A stretch of 64,000 nucleotides of DNA from an uncultured Pelagibacteraceae bacterium (GCA_902635845.1 CACPPK010000002.1:18713-82712), one strand, 5' to 3'. Positions 29,435-40,604 are shown, counted from the first letter of the stretch. Program-made: numbers and translations. The notes: a model not told the origin generated them from the sequence alone.

Positions 29435-29982
29435 TATATTGTTTGCTGTTTCATTAATTCTTCTATTTGCTTGATCATTATTTTAGGTGATCTCATTGCA
29501 GGATAAATTTCTTGAGCTTGCTCATAACTTCTAATTGCTTTTTCATAATTCTTAAGCTGAATATTTACTAAACCCTGTCCTGCTAAAGCTCCAAAATGTC
29601 TTTGTTCTAAGGCTAATACTTGATCTATATCATCTTGAGATTTTTGAAATTCTCCTAACATATAAAGTACAGTTGCTCTTTTATTCCATGCCTCAGCCCA
29701 AGTCTGATCAAGATTAATAACTTCAGTAAAAATATCTTTTGCTTTTAAATAATTTTGATCTCTCACAAATTGAGAACCTTCCTCTAATCTTGCGGTAAGT
29801 TTTTCATCTGTTGGATGGGTGCTCCACAAAGCCCAAATTTCTTGTTCAACTATAAAAGCTATTTTCGATTTATTAGCTTTTAACTCATTAAATAATTGAT
29901 TCAATCTAGTGTCTCTTTCGTTTGCAAAAGAGCTAAGCTGTGAAAATAAATAAAACAAAATTACCAGGAATACCTTATTCAT
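29434..29982 (-). CDS. Exported TPR protein
   Basis: Signal peptide; TPR repeats (WAEAWNKRATV, RHFGALAGQG). Confidence 0.85.
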   Translation of the reverse strand: MNKVFLVILFYLFSQLSSFANERDTRLNQLFNELKANKSKIAFIVEQEIWALWSTHPTDEKLTARLEEGSQFVRDQNYLKAKDIFTEVINLDQTWAEAWNKRATVLYMLGEFQKSQDDIDQVLALEQRHFGALAGQGLVNIQLKNYEKAIRSYEQAQEIYPAMRSPKIMIKQIEELMKQQTI

Positions 29983-30022
29983 AGTTAGATATTATCAAAT
30001 ATTAGAATTAGAGTCTTCGGTC

Positions 30023-30478
30023 TTAAGTGTCTTTGTTGTTATTTTTACAACTATAAAAAGAAATATCTTTTTCTTTTTCCTCTTGTTTTATATTGGTTGT
30101 GATTTCGTGTATAAGTTCACCTGTTTTTCTAGTATAAACTGCAGACTCGGAATAATTCCTACCTTTATCAAATGCTTGGATTAAGAATATATCCTTATTC
30201 GAAATTTTAACCTCTAAATCAATTTTATTAAAAAATTCTGATAAATTTTTAACATTTAGAATATCTGGTGTTTTAGACTCGATTATTAACTTATTAATAT
30301 CTTTTCTTTTAATTTGATCTTTTGTGAAAGATACAAAGTTATGGTCTGAATTTTTTAAAATTACTTTTTCAAATTTACAATTTAAGTTCAAATCAGAATT
30401 TAGAGTAATATTTGTATTTTGAGCTTGAGCAAAACTGAGGCAACAATATATGCTAATTATTGATAAAAAGATTTTCAT
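30023..30478 (-). CDS. Hypothetical exported protein
   Basis: Signal peptide ending AQA; no motif recognised. Confidence 0.7.
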   Translation of the reverse strand: MKIFLSIISIYCCLSFAQAQNTNITLNSDLNLNCKFEKVILKNSDHNFVSFTKDQIKRKDINKLIIESKTPDILNVKNLSEFFNKIDLEVKISNKDIFLIQAFDKGRNYSESAVYTRKTGELIHEITTNIKQEEKEKDISFYSCKNNNKDT

Positions 30479-31090
30479 TTAATTAATTATATTAATAATA
30501 CTTTTTTGTATTGTTTCACTTACTTTAAGTGTTCCATCTTTGTTGGGATGTATACCGTCTTGTTGATTTAATCTTGGATTAAGTGCCACACCTTCAAGAA
30601 GAAATGGAATTAATGCTAAATTATACTTCTTTGCTAACTTTGGATAAATAGCATCAAACTCTTTTTTATATTTTTCTCCATGAGTATCTGGTGCCACCAT
30701 TCCAGCTAAAATAATCTTAATTTTTTTATTCTGAGCAACTTTGATTATTTGTTCTAAATTTTTTTCTGTTTCATCTGGTTGAATTCCTCTGAGCATATCA
30801 TTAGCCCCTAATCCCAAAATAATTAAATCTATTCCAGGTTCTGATAAACTCCAATCAGCTCTATTCAACCCACCTGATGAAGTGCTTCCAGAGACACTTC
30901 CGTTGATGACTTTAATATTTAGCCCAGCTTGCTTAAGATTGTTTTCTAAAACTATTGATAAATGATGCTCTTTAGGTAATCCATAACCAGCCATCAAACT
31001 ATCACCGTATAAAACTACCTTTTCTATTGCACTTGCTTTTATGTGCACTAGAAAGAATATCAAAATTTTAATAAATATAGTTTTATTCAT
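30479..31090 (-). CDS. tesA: Arylesterase / acyl-CoA thioesterase I (SGNH)
   Basis: GDSL, GANDMLRG and DGIHPN; probable start at 31090 (MNKTIF..., signal peptide). Confidence 0.9.
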   Translation of the reverse strand: MNKTIFIKILIFFLVHIKASAIEKVVLYGDSLMAGYGLPKEHHLSIVLENNLKQAGLNIKVINGSVSGSTSSGGLNRADWSLSEPGIDLIILGLGANDMLRGIQPDETEKNLEQIIKVAQNKKIKIILAGMVAPDTHGEKYKKEFDAIYPKLAKKYNLALIPFLLEGVALNPRLNQQDGIHPNKDGTLKVSETIQKSIINIIN

Positions 31091-31754
31091 GAACACTATT
31101 CTTAAATTAAAAAAAATTAATCTCAAATACCAAACTGGTAAAGATAGTATCAGTGTTTTAAAGAATATTGATTTAAATATTAAGAAAAAAGAAACTGTTT
31201 CAGTAGTTGGAGAAAGTGGCTCAGGGAAAACAAGTTTAATAATGTTAATTGGAGGCTTAGAAAAACCAACCTCTGGTAAAATAATTTTTAATGATCAAGA
31301 AATAACAGGCCTTAGTGAAGATGAAGTATCTGAGATAAGAAAGAAAAATATTGGAATAATATTTCAGTCGTTTTATTTAATTCCTAATTACACAGCAGTT
31401 GAAAATGTTGCTTTAACGCTTGAACTTAATAATTTTAAAAATCCAGAAAAAGAAGCAAAAATTTTATTAGATCGTTTTGGTTTGAAACATCGTTTTAATA
31501 ATCTACCAAGTCAATTATCAGGTGGTGAACAGCAACGGGTTGCTATCGCTAGAGCAATTGCGATGAAACCAGAACTAATCTTAGCAGATGAACCAACAGG
31601 AAACTTAGATACTGAAAATTCTATCATGATTGCAAATATTTTATTTAAATATGTAAAAGAAGAAGGTTCTTCTTTAATCATGGTAACTCATGATCCTAAG
31701 CTTGCAGACAAAGCTAAAAGAAAAATAAAAATTAAAGATGGAAAAATTAAATAA
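31089..31754 (+). CDS. ybbA: ABC transporter ATP-binding protein (YbbA/LolD-like)
   Basis: [16 protein letters not shown] and ADEPTGNLD; probable start at 31089. Confidence 0.88.
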   Translation: MNTILKLKKINLKYQTGKDSISVLKNIDLNIKKKETVSVVGESGSGKTSLIMLIGGLEKPTSGKIIFNDQEITGLSEDEVSEIRKKNIGIIFQSFYLIPNYTAVENVALTLELNNFKNPEKEAKILLDRFGLKHRFNNLPSQLSGGEQQRVAIARAIAMKPELILADEPTGNLDTENSIMIANILFKYVKEEGSSLIMVTHDPKLADKAKRKIKIKDGKIK

Positions 31755-34272
31755 TCCTTCAGAATTTAGTTTGATTTTTAAATATGCTTTAAAAGACTTA
31801 AGCAGAAATTATCATAAAATTTCTAGTATCATTGTAACGCTATTTATAAGTCTTTTTATCTTAAGTGCTATTTTCACAATTGAAGATAGTCTTAAAAAAG
31901 AACTTAATGATAATGCCAAAGCACTTTTAGGTGGAGATTTAGAAATTGATTACAATCGTAATCAAGGAAATTTAGATTTAGTTAATCAAGTAAAAGAGTT
32001 TGCAACTGTTTCTCAAATGATTGAGTTCAGCACTATGCTTTCAACTACTGGCAGAGAAAAAAATAAATCATTATTTACTAGAATTAAAACTGTGGATGAA
32101 AAATATCCTTTATATGGAAATGTTTTTTATGAACCAATTGGTGCTTATGAAAGAATGCAAAAAGAACCTAATACTATCCTGATCAATGAAAGTTTGTCAA
32201 AAACTCTAAATATTAAAATTAACGAAATAGTAAAAGTTCAAGATCAAAATTTTACAGTAATTGGAATTATTAAATCAGTACCAGATGTAAGTGGATTTGT
32301 TGCATTTGGCGATTGGGCTTTAGCAGGAAAACAAACTTTAGAAATTTTAAAACTAAACGGAATTGGAAGCTTTTTAAACTATGAATATAAAGTAAAGTTT
32401 AATGACAATGATAAGCCTGAAGAAATTGAGAAACGAATTGAAGAAATATTTAAAGAAGATCAAAAAGTTAAACTTAGATATCCTGAAAATTCTGCAAGTG
32501 GTATAAAGAGAATTATTAATAATTTTTCTCAATTTTTGTCACTTGTTTCTATCAGTGCTATGTTGATAGCAGGTATTGGAATAGCAAATACTTTGCTTTC
32601 TTTTATTAATCAAAACAATATGTCGATAGCTGTACGAAAAGCAGTTGGCTTTTATTCAGGTAATATTAAAACTCTATATTATCTGCAGTTATTTATACTT
32701 TTATTTATTATCACTGTTGTTGCTTATGGGTCGAGTTTTTTAATTGTGCCAATAGCAGATAAATATTTATCTGATGGATTAGGATTGAATGTTTATCCAG
32801 TGTTTTCTTTACTAAATTTTTTAAAAATATTTTTAGTGGGATTATTAGTTTTAATAATTTTTTCTATCCCAACAATCAGTTCTATTGATCAAGTAAAAGC
32901 GTCTAATTTATTTAGAAACGTATTTCAAAATCTTCAATTTTATTATTCTAAGAGATCAATTGTTCTTAGCTTTGTTTTATTATCTATCTTAATTTTGTTA
33001 TTCACGATTGGATCTGAACAGCCCTCTTATAGCTTGGGTTACTTTGCTGCTTTTTTTGTGTGTTTAATTGTATTTTTCTTGCTTTCAAAATTAATCATTT
33101 TTTTTCTAAAAAAATTCAAATCTAGTTCAATAATTTCTTTAAAAGTTTCAATTAAAAATATTACCCAAACGAAAAGTATTACTCCTATTACAGTTATGTC
33201 TCTTGGCTTAGGGGTTACTTTGTTATTAACATTAGCTTTGGTTGGCACAAATTTTCAAAGAGAAATTGCTAAATCTATTCCTGATATTGCGCCTGATTAT
33301 TTCTTCGTAGGTATTCAAAAGGGAGAAAGGGAGAAATTTGAACAAGGAATTTTAAATATGGATCCAAATGCATCTATTGAAATTGTGCCAATGGTATCCT
33401 CTGGAATTGTAAAGATTAATGGTGTAGATCCTAACACTTATATTAAACCAGATAATGATAGTTACTGGGTAATTGGTAGTGAACGAAGATCTTCTTGGGT
33501 AGAAAATGTACCTGAAGACAATCCAATTTTAGAAGGTGAATGGTGGGATTTATTAAACCCTAATCAACTTCAAATATCTCTTGATGCAAAAGTTGCTAAA
33601 GATTTAAATATCCAGTTAGGTGATATTTTTACTTTAAATGTTTATGGGCGTGAAATTGATGGAAAAGTAATTAATTTTAGAGAGGTGGATTATCGAGATT
33701 TAAGCATCAACTTTGCAATGTTATTTAATCCTCAATTTGCAAAAAATATTCCACACGAATATTTGGCTACTGCAAAATTTAATTCAAATAAATTTGATGA
33801 AACTGAAATGCTAGAAATCATGCCAAGTTTATCAATGATAAAAATTGCAGATTATTTATCTAAAGTTACAGCTGTTTTGAATAAAGTATTTATTGCAGTT
33901 ACCTTAATCTCAGCGGTTACTATTGTTATAGGGTTAATCGTAATTTCGAGTGCAATTATGGTTCAAGGGAAAGTAAAAGAATATCAAAATTTAGTCTTCA
34001 AAATTTTAGGTTTTTCAAAAAAACAAATTGTTTTTTCATCCCTTATTGAATTCATTATTATTTTTAAATCTGTAATTTTAATTGCAATACTCTTTGCAGT
34101 GATTGGTTCCAAATTTATTATGGAAAATATTTTTGATCTGGTTTGGATGTTTGACTTTAAAGTTTTAATTTTTTTAGGAATTTCAATCGGCCTTGTTACT
34201 TTAATTTTAATATTACTAACAAACTTAAAATATCTAAATCCTAAGGTTTATCCTTTAATAAGAAATCAATAA
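31738..34272 (+). CDS. ybbP: FtsX-like double-domain ABC permease
   Basis: LLGGDL, two MacB/FtsX-type halves, tesA-ybbA synteny. Confidence 0.85.
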   Translation: MEKLNNPSEFSLIFKYALKDLSRNYHKISSIIVTLFISLFILSAIFTIEDSLKKELNDNAKALLGGDLEIDYNRNQGNLDLVNQVKEFATVSQMIEFSTMLSTTGREKNKSLFTRIKTVDEKYPLYGNVFYEPIGAYERMQKEPNTILINESLSKTLNIKINEIVKVQDQNFTVIGIIKSVPDVSGFVAFGDWALAGKQTLEILKLNGIGSFLNYEYKVKFNDNDKPEEIEKRIEEIFKEDQKVKLRYPENSASGIKRIINNFSQFLSLVSISAMLIAGIGIANTLLSFINQNNMSIAVRKAVGFYSGNIKTLYYLQLFILLFIITVVAYGSSFLIVPIADKYLSDGLGLNVYPVFSLLNFLKIFLVGLLVLIIFSIPTISSIDQVKASNLFRNVFQNLQFYYSKRSIVLSFVLLSILILLFTIGSEQPSYSLGYFAAFFVCLIVFFLLSKLIIFFLKKFKSSSIISLKVSIKNITQTKSITPITVMSLGLGVTLLLTLALVGTNFQREIAKSIPDIAPDYFFVGIQKGEREKFEQGILNMDPNASIEIVPMVSSGIVKINGVDPNTYIKPDNDSYWVIGSERRSSWVENVPEDNPILEGEWWDLLNPNQLQISLDAKVAKDLNIQLGDIFTLNVYGREIDGKVINFREVDYRDLSINFAMLFNPQFAKNIPHEYLATAKFNSNKFDETEMLEIMPSLSMIKIADYLSKVTAVLNKVFIAVTLISAVTIVIGLIVISSAIMVQGKVKEYQNLVFKILGFSKKQIVFSSLIEFIIIFKSVILIAILFAVIGSKFIMENIFDLVWMFDFKVLIFLGISIGLVTLILILLTNLKYLNPKVYPLIRNQ

Positions 34273-34689
34273 TTAGAATTTAGTAATTTTACTATCTAAA
34301 GAAATAAGATTTAATTCTACTTTTAATTTTGGAAATCTTTTTTTTATTTGTTTTTTTATTTTAGAAAACGACTCTTTATGAATTTTTTTTTCATTATCTG
34401 GGCTAAATTCTTTTTTTCCGTTAGCTATTTTAGCTGCACCACAATCTTTGTGATTAATGACAATTAATTTTTCTATTTTATGTAATTGAATAGAGGTTGA
34501 TAAATTATCATAAAACGTTTTATGCCATTTCTTAAACTTATTATGCGTAACTCCAACAGCTGCACCTGCAATTGTGAACGCACTGTATTTTCCTGTTAAT
34601 CTTTTTTTCTTTAAATAATTGTGAACTAAATGTTGAAATCTTGGATCCATACAAGATAACACCATTGCTTTAAATTTGGATTTCTTCAA
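34273..34689 (-). CDS. Beta-class carbonic anhydrase-like protein
   Basis: Zinc ligands CMDPR ... HKDCG. Confidence 0.8.
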   Translation of the reverse strand: MKKSKFKAMVLSCMDPRFQHLVHNYLKKKRLTGKYSAFTIAGAAVGVTHNKFKKWHKTFYDNLSTSIQLHKIEKLIVINHKDCGAAKIANGKKEFSPDNEKKIHKESFSKIKKQIKKRFPKLKVELNLISLDSKITKF

Positions 34690-35252
34690 TTTAATTCAAC
34701 TTTAAACATAGCCTCATTCCTTCTATTCATTGGAAGTGTAAATGGACTGTCATATGTTGCTCTAATAGGCGGGCTTATAATTGATATACTATTTTTTTGT
34801 AACTCTTTTTCTAAAATTTCTTTGTGTTTAAGGAAATTCCTATCTGAAGCTCGTCCAGAATACCTTAACACTGCGTAATATCCTCCTTCAATATTAACTA
34901 TTTTTACATCTTCCCTACTTGGATTTGGTGCATTTTCTGAATTAAATTTAGAGGGCAAATAAAATTGCATGCTCATGTTTCCATTTTTCTCAACTTGAGT
35001 AACTGGGGTTGTCATTTTAATTTTCTCTTGAGTATCGTTTCTGCCAGAAATGTAATTAAATAATTTCCTAAAATTACTATCTATTCCAGATGTCATTGTT
35101 TCAACTGCTAAACGATCAGAGTATTTTCTAACCTCATACACCTCATTTTTAGATACAATTTCATAATTTGCTTCTTCGTAAGCCATAATAGTAGAATAGG
35201 GTAAAATAAATAAAGCACAAAATACTATCAAATAAAATTTAATTATTCTCAT
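34686..35252 (-). CDS. SOUL family heme-binding protein
   Basis: YEVRKY, FRKLFNYISG, IKMTTPV and RRNE. Confidence 0.9.
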   Translation of the reverse strand: MRIIKFYLIVFCALFILPYSTIMAYEEANYEIVSKNEVYEVRKYSDRLAVETMTSGIDSNFRKLFNYISGRNDTQEKIKMTTPVTQVEKNGNMSMQFYLPSKFNSENAPNPSREDVKIVNIEGGYYAVLRYSGRASDRNFLKHKEILEKELQKNSISIISPPIRATYDSPFTLPMNRRNEAMFKVELN

Positions 35253-35254
35253 TG

Positions 35255-35809
35255 TTACACAACTTTATATTCAAAATTTTGTGTAGTTTCATTAATTTGG
35301 ATTAATTTTGCACCATTTCTTTCATGAAAATTAGTTGCCATTTCTGTTAGTGGCGAAAGAGTTACTAATCTGTTTAGATGATTGGATTTTTTAATCTTTT
35401 TGAACACTTCTTTAACAATTAATTTTCCTCCACCCTTTTTTTTGGACCATACTGTGTAAGCAATCGCAATTCGGCCTCCTGTTTGATCTCTCATAGCAGT
35501 TTGAAGAAATGCATCTGTACTTAACTTTTCTAACTCATCAACACTTTTTGGGACTTCATTTGTATACGCAAAACACATTACAGCATGAATTTCTCCTTTA
35601 TATTCAACACCATAAATTTTTCTTCCAAAACCTGTTCTAAATTTATTATCTAATTCTGGTCTTACAGGATCTTCATCAGTATTACATTCCTTAAGCTCAA
35701 CAAGCTTTGCACCTTTTACCCAGCCAAAAAAATTATCAATATTTTTACTTAATACTTGTCTATTTTTTCTTAGTCTAGCTTTTATTCTTGTATTAAATTT
35801 TTTATTCAT
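35255..35809 (-). CDS. Hypothetical protein, GNAT-like / malonyl-CoA decarboxylase C-terminal-like
   Basis: AIAYTVWS...GGGKLIVKEV...LVTLSP resembles the MCD/GNAT core as recalled. Confidence 0.55.
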   Translation of the reverse strand: MNKKFNTRIKARLRKNRQVLSKNIDNFFGWVKGAKLVELKECNTDEDPVRPELDNKFRTGFGRKIYGVEYKGEIHAVMCFAYTNEVPKSVDELEKLSTDAFLQTAMRDQTGGRIAIAYTVWSKKKGGGKLIVKEVFKKIKKSNHLNRLVTLSPLTEMATNFHERNGAKLIQINETTQNFEYKVV

Positions 35810-35860
35810 ATTTATAAATTAAATGTATCACTTATTTAAAATTTTTAATGTGTTATAAAA

Positions 35861-36607
35861 TCATACCAGATAATCATATAAAAGCTTTGTACTAGTAACA
35901 AAAATTAAAGCATATAAAATATTATAAAATAATTGTTCTTCAATAATTTTAAGTAATTTATATCCAATCAATATCCCTAATAACGCAACTGGAAATAATA
36001 TTACCGAATGTTTAAAAGATTCTAAATTTGTCATAGATAAATTAATATACAAAGGAAGTTTAATTAAATTCACAAAAGTGAAAAAAAATATTCTTGTTCC
36101 TACATATATTTCTTTTTTCATTCTAAGTGGGAGCAAGTACAGACTAGTTGGAGTTCCTCCAGCATGTACACAAAAACTTGTAAAACCTGCAACTACTGAA
36201 CATGACCCACCTTTTAAAAAATTTTTTTCTGATTTTTTTTCTTTGTCCTTTTTAAAAAAAAAATAATGACCTGCAAACAAAAAACCCATTACACCGATTA
36301 TAAATTTTAACAAGTCCTCTGAAAAATATGAAAAAGTTAAAGATCCAATAATTATACCGATAGCTGCAAATGGAACCATTAATTTCAAAGTTCCTAAATC
36401 AAATTCTTTTCTATATTTATAAACGGCAATAAAATCTGAAAATATTAAAATTGGTAAAATAATTCCTAAAGCCTGATTTAGAGGCATCACTATTGTCATT
36501 AAAGGAACGGAAATTAAAGTCATGGAACCACCTAGGCCTGATTTTGCAATTCCATATAAAATTATGGCTGGAACAACTGTTAAAAAAAATAATAAGTTTA
36601 TTTCCAT
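35861..36607 (-). CDS. TauE/SafE family membrane protein
   Basis: GIAKSGLGG, TSFCVHAGG and NLIKLPLY. Confidence 0.85.
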   Translation of the reverse strand: MEINLLFFLTVVPAIILYGIAKSGLGGSMTLISVPLMTIVMPLNQALGIILPILIFSDFIAVYKYRKEFDLGTLKLMVPFAAIGIIIGSLTFSYFSEDLLKFIIGVMGFLFAGHYFFFKKDKEKKSEKNFLKGGSCSVVAGFTSFCVHAGGTPTSLYLLPLRMKKEIYVGTRIFFFTFVNLIKLPLYINLSMTNLESFKHSVILFPVALLGILIGYKLLKIIEEQLFYNILYALIFVTSTKLLYDYLV

Positions 36608-36867
36608 TTATTTAATGATTTTAATAATTTTGATCCTAAAGGACTAATTGGCTCTTGAAGTATTATATCTTTTTTAGTTTTTTCTCTTACTAATTGTAAT
36701 AATTTGGTTGCTAAACCTTGTTTTCTAAAAATTGGGTTAACAAAAATATATTCTACCTCACCTTTCTCATTAAACCTAACAAAGCCTATTGTAGTATTTT
36801 CATTTTTAAAGGTAAAAACTCCCTCTGTTTTTTCAATTTTAAAATTTGAAATTTCCAGGCTGTTCAT
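36598..36867 (-). CDS. Minimal GNAT family acetyltransferase
   Basis: IFVNPIFRKQGLA acetyl-CoA-binding motif A. Confidence 0.75.
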   Translation of the reverse strand: MNSLEISNFKIEKTEGVFTFKNENTTIGFVRFNEKGEVEYIFVNPIFRKQGLATKLLQLVREKTKKDIILQEPISPLGSKLLKSLNKWK

Positions 36868-36872
36868 AAATC

Positions 36873-37037
36873 CTAGTAATTTAGAAGCAAGAGGACAACC
36901 GCTATAGCAGCAATAATAGAACTAACGACAATATAATTGAGCTTAATATTGAATTTTTTTTCTATGAACTCAGAAATTTTTTCCCAAAATAAGACTATTA
37001 AAAAAATAATTATAGCTGGAAGAATATATTTAATCAT
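36873..37037 (-). CDS. Small (54 aa) two-TM protein, not in ORF track
   Basis: MIKYILPAIIIFLIVLFWEKISEFIEKKFNIKLNYIVVSSIIAAIAVVLLLLNY*; fills the gap with 2-5 bp spacers. Confidence 0.65.
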   Translation of the reverse strand: MIKYILPAIIIFLIVLFWEKISEFIEKKFNIKLNYIVVSSIIAAIAVVLLLLNY

Positions 37038-37039
37038 AA

Positions 37040-37807
37040 TTAAGCTTTCATATTATAACCTTTTTTAAGAAGGCTAGTAACTATAGCTATACAAATACCA
37101 AGAAAAGCTAGCATTAAACTTACACTTATCCATATATTAAAGTCTGATACCCCATAAAAAGAAAATCTTAATCCATTTATCAAATAAACAACTGGATTAA
37201 AATAAGTAACTATTTGCCAAAACTCTGGGAGCATATCTAAGGAATATAAGCTACCACCCAGAAAAACCATTGGTGTTATTACCAAAGAAGGAATGATTGA
37301 CATTTGTTCAAAATTTGAACTCATTAAACCAATTAAAAAACCAAACAAAGCAAAAGTAAAAGAAACTAAAACTAAAAGAAATATCATCAATAATGGATAT
37401 TTAACTTCAACTTCGACAAAAAAAGTTGATGTTAAAAAAATCATTACACCAACAATTAGTGTTTTGGTTGCTCCTGCGCCAACAAAAGCAAGAACTATTT
37501 CTAAAGTTGAAATTGGTGCTGCTAAAATTTCATAAATTGTTCCATTAAATTTAGGAAAAAAAATACCAAATGAAGTATTGCTAATCGATTGCGTTAAAAG
37601 AGTAAGCATTAATAATCCAGGTACAATGTATGATCCATAACTTATACCATCAATTTTTTGAACATAGCCGCCTATCACTGAACCAAAAACAATAAAGTAT
37701 AAAGAAGTTGATAAAACAGGTGATAACAAAGATTGCATCAATGTCCTTCTAAATCTATCCATTTCATGGAGATAAATTGCTTTGAATGCGTAATAATTAA
37801 ATTTCAT
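37040..37807 (-). CDS. ABC-2 type permease (YadH-like)
   Basis: [14 protein letters not shown] and [11 protein letters not shown]. Confidence 0.9.
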   Translation of the reverse strand: MKFNYYAFKAIYLHEMDRFRRTLMQSLLSPVLSTSLYFIVFGSVIGGYVQKIDGISYGSYIVPGLLMLTLLTQSISNTSFGIFFPKFNGTIYEILAAPISTLEIVLAFVGAGATKTLIVGVMIFLTSTFFVEVEVKYPLLMIFLLVLVSFTFALFGFLIGLMSSNFEQMSIIPSLVITPMVFLGGSLYSLDMLPEFWQIVTYFNPVVYLINGLRFSFYGVSDFNIWISVSLMLAFLGICIAIVTSLLKKGYNMKA

Positions 37808-38732
37808 TGTTTTCCTTTACTAAAGTGACGAATATTTTTTCTAATGTACTTTGTTCTGTTTTTAAATCTTTTAACTTCAAACCTGCGTCTTTTAAGTCCT
37901 GAAGTAAATTCGTAATCCCAGTTTGTTTTGCTTGAACATTATATTTATAATCTATTGACATTTTATCTTTACTAATTTCAAGTTTATATTTATCTAAACT
38001 GTTTGGTAATTCAAAAATTTTTTCCTGTAAGTCTACTGTAAGTTTCTTGTGACCCATTTTTTTTAATAATTCTTTAGTCTCATCTACTACAATAATTTCT
38101 CCTTGATTAATTACTCCCACCCTATCTGCAATTGCTTCGGCTTCCTCTATATAATGTGTAGTCAAAATAATTGTTACACCAGTTTTTCTTAAATCCTCAA
38201 CTATCTTCCACATATCTTTTCTAAGCTCAACATCAACGCCAGCAGTAGGTTCGTCTAAAAATAAAATAGATGGTTCATGAGATAAGGCTTTTGCAATTAA
38301 AACTCTTCTCTTCATTCCACCAGATAATTGTCTAAGACTTAAATCTTTTTTGTCCCATAAACTTAAATCTTTTAAAATCCTTTCTATGTAATCTGGATTA
38401 GGTTTTTTTCCATAAAGTCCCCTCGAATATGAAACATTATTAAAAACACTTTCAAATTGTTCTAATGTTAGCTCTTGTGGAACTAATCCAATTTTAGATC
38501 TAGTCGATCTGTAATCTTTAATTATATCAAGGTCATCTACGGTTACTTTGCCTGAAGAAAGTCTAACTATTCCACAAATAATGCTTATAAGTGTTGTTTT
38601 TCCAGCTCCATTTGGTCCAAGCATTGCAAAAATTTCACCTTTTTTGATATTTAGATTTATATTTTTTAATGCCTCAAATCCATTATCGAATACTTTTGAT
38701 AAATTATTTATACTTATTTGATCATTTGACAT
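37797..38732 (-). CDS. ABC-2 ATP-binding protein (YadG-like)
   Basis: [16 protein letters not shown] and DEPTAGVD. Confidence 0.92.
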   Translation of the reverse strand: MSNDQISINNLSKVFDNGFEALKNINLNIKKGEIFAMLGPNGAGKTTLISIICGIVRLSSGKVTVDDLDIIKDYRSTRSKIGLVPQELTLEQFESVFNNVSYSRGLYGKKPNPDYIERILKDLSLWDKKDLSLRQLSGGMKRRVLIAKALSHEPSILFLDEPTAGVDVELRKDMWKIVEDLRKTGVTIILTTHYIEEAEAIADRVGVINQGEIIVVDETKELLKKMGHKKLTVDLQEKIFELPNSLDKYKLEISKDKMSIDYKYNVQAKQTGITNLLQDLKDAGLKLKDLKTEQSTLEKIFVTLVKENNEI

Positions 38733-38802
38733 GAGTTAAGCATATATAGAGACAATTTATGTTATTACAATGAATTAAAATTTGTTTTACATATGACTAA
38801 GT

Positions 38803-39171
38803 ATGAAAAAATTTTTAGTATTTGTCTGTTTTGTATTAGCATTTAGCACCAAGGCAATTGGAAAGGAAACTACGTATAGCAAAGAATTATTCGATAAAGC
38901 TATATCAAATGGTAAAGTTGTAGTTGTAAGTTCCTGGATTAAATATTGCTCATCATGTGCAGGACAAATGAAAGTATTAAAAAAAGCAAAAAAAGATTTT
39001 GATAATATAGAATACTTTGCTTTTGATGTAACAAATAAAGAAATTGCTAAATTTTTTAATGTTCAATATCAAACTACACTTTTAATTTTTAAAGATAATA
39101 AAGAAGTTTATAGAAGTATTGGTGAAACCACTAAAGAACTAATTTATGAAGCTTTAAAATCCTCTATCTAA
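38803..39171 (+). CDS. Exported thioredoxin-fold protein
   Basis: Signal peptide, CSSC motif and QTTL. Confidence 0.8.
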   Translation: MKKFLVFVCFVLAFSTKAIGKETTYSKELFDKAISNGKVVVVSSWIKYCSSCAGQMKVLKKAKKDFDNIEYFAFDVTNKEIAKFFNVQYQTTLLIFKDNKEVYRSIGETTKELIYEALKSSI

Positions 39172-40603
39172 ATTTAATTTTTAAAATTATTGCAGGTAAG
39201 AAAGTTGCTATTAAAAAGGATAAAAATAATAAAGATTGAGATATAAAAGGTGAAAATAAGTCTTTAGACAAAAATACTCCCACTAATAAACTTTTTGAAA
39301 AATCTGGAAATGGAAACATTAAAAATCCACCAACAAGACCAATTATAATTGAAATATGAGCAGTTTTTTCATTTACTTTGTTGTAGAAACTATAAAAAAC
39401 AGTCACTACAAATGCACAACAAAATAAATCTGCAAGTAAGAATAAATATAAAATATCAAATCCTTTTGAAGCAACACCAAAAGCAATTACAGACAAGATT
39501 AAAATAAAATATTTAGATATTTTTAAATAATTAGTTTTTTTATCTAAGTTAAAAGTCGCTTTACCATCAACAACAAATAAACTGGAAATAGCATTAACCA
39601 AAGTATCAACGGTTGAAATTGTTAATGCAAGACCAAGGATAACGATCAATAAGGACAAAATTTCTGTTTGATCTTTTAATAATAAACTAAAAAATCCTAA
39701 ATCAGGTCTAATAGATGGATCCATTGAAAATGAAACCATTCCAATAAAACCCATTAGGAAAACTATTGGAACAATAATAAAAAAGGAAATTACCAAACCA
39801 TCTTTTAATGTTTGGTAATCTTTTGCTGCATATACTCTTTGCCAATTTCCTTGATGAAATAAATTGGTTGCTGCAACTGCAATAAAAAAAGTTAATCCAG
39901 CAGTGTATCCCGGAATATAATTTGAACTTAATAATTGAGGGTTTTTCTCATTAATTAAAGAAAATGAAAAATTATTTCCTGAAGAGGAGCTAATAATTGA
40001 AATCAGAATAAACAACAAAACACCAATTACAATCATTTGGATATTGTCCGTAAATATTGATGCTCTTAATCCGCCGTAAAGCGTATAACTTAAAGTTGCT
40101 CCCAATACTATTAATGCTGTAATCCACAATTCTGCTCCAGATATATAATTAATTAATACAGCAACTGCAGTTACTTCTGCACAAAGAAAAATGAACATAT
40201 AAAAAATTGTCATTAACAAAATCAACTTAAATAGACTTCTGCCAAATTTCTTTCTCATAAACTCTACTAAAGAGGATCCTTTTGGAAATTCGCTTCTAAT
40301 TTTTTTTCCGAAATATATTAAGAAAATCATTGGAAAAGCTGTGCCTAATGCATATCCAATGACAGCACCTAGACCACCCCACGTTGCAGCCGCAACTGGA
40401 CCAAATAAAATCCAAGCACCTAAGGCTGATGCTACAAGACTTGTAGTAAGTGAAAATAAACCAATTTTTCTATTTGCGGTTAAATAATTATTAATTCCTT
40501 TAAATTTTTTAGAATGAAGAATTCCTAAAAAAGCAAATATTAAACTAATTACGATTACTAATATTAATGATGTTGATTGAGTTAAAAAATATGATTTATC
40601 CAT
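39164..40603 (-). CDS. thiV: Sodium:solute symporter, ThiV-like thiamin-precursor (HMP) transporter
   Basis: SSS motifs (YTLYGGLRASIFTD, WQRVYAA) plus an upstream TPP-type riboswitch. Confidence 0.8.
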   Translation of the reverse strand: MDKSYFLTQSTSLILVIVISLIFAFLGILHSKKFKGINNYLTANRKIGLFSLTTSLVASALGAWILFGPVAAATWGGLGAVIGYALGTAFPMIFLIYFGKKIRSEFPKGSSLVEFMRKKFGRSLFKLILLMTIFYMFIFLCAEVTAVAVLINYISGAELWITALIVLGATLSYTLYGGLRASIFTDNIQMIVIGVLLFILISIISSSSGNNFSFSLINEKNPQLLSSNYIPGYTAGLTFFIAVAATNLFHQGNWQRVYAAKDYQTLKDGLVISFFIIVPIVFLMGFIGMVSFSMDPSIRPDLGFFSLLLKDQTEILSLLIVILGLALTISTVDTLVNAISSLFVVDGKATFNLDKKTNYLKISKYFILILSVIAFGVASKGFDILYLFLLADLFCCAFVVTVFYSFYNKVNEKTAHISIIIGLVGGFLMFPFPDFSKSLLVGVFLSKDLFSPFISQSLLFLSFLIATFLPAIILKIKFR

Positions 40604-40604
40604 T

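Noticed and set aside
22685-35252. ABA4-like and SOUL proteins as eukaryotic acquisitions
   Set aside because: Both families are widespread in bacteria; nothing in the sequence points to transfer.
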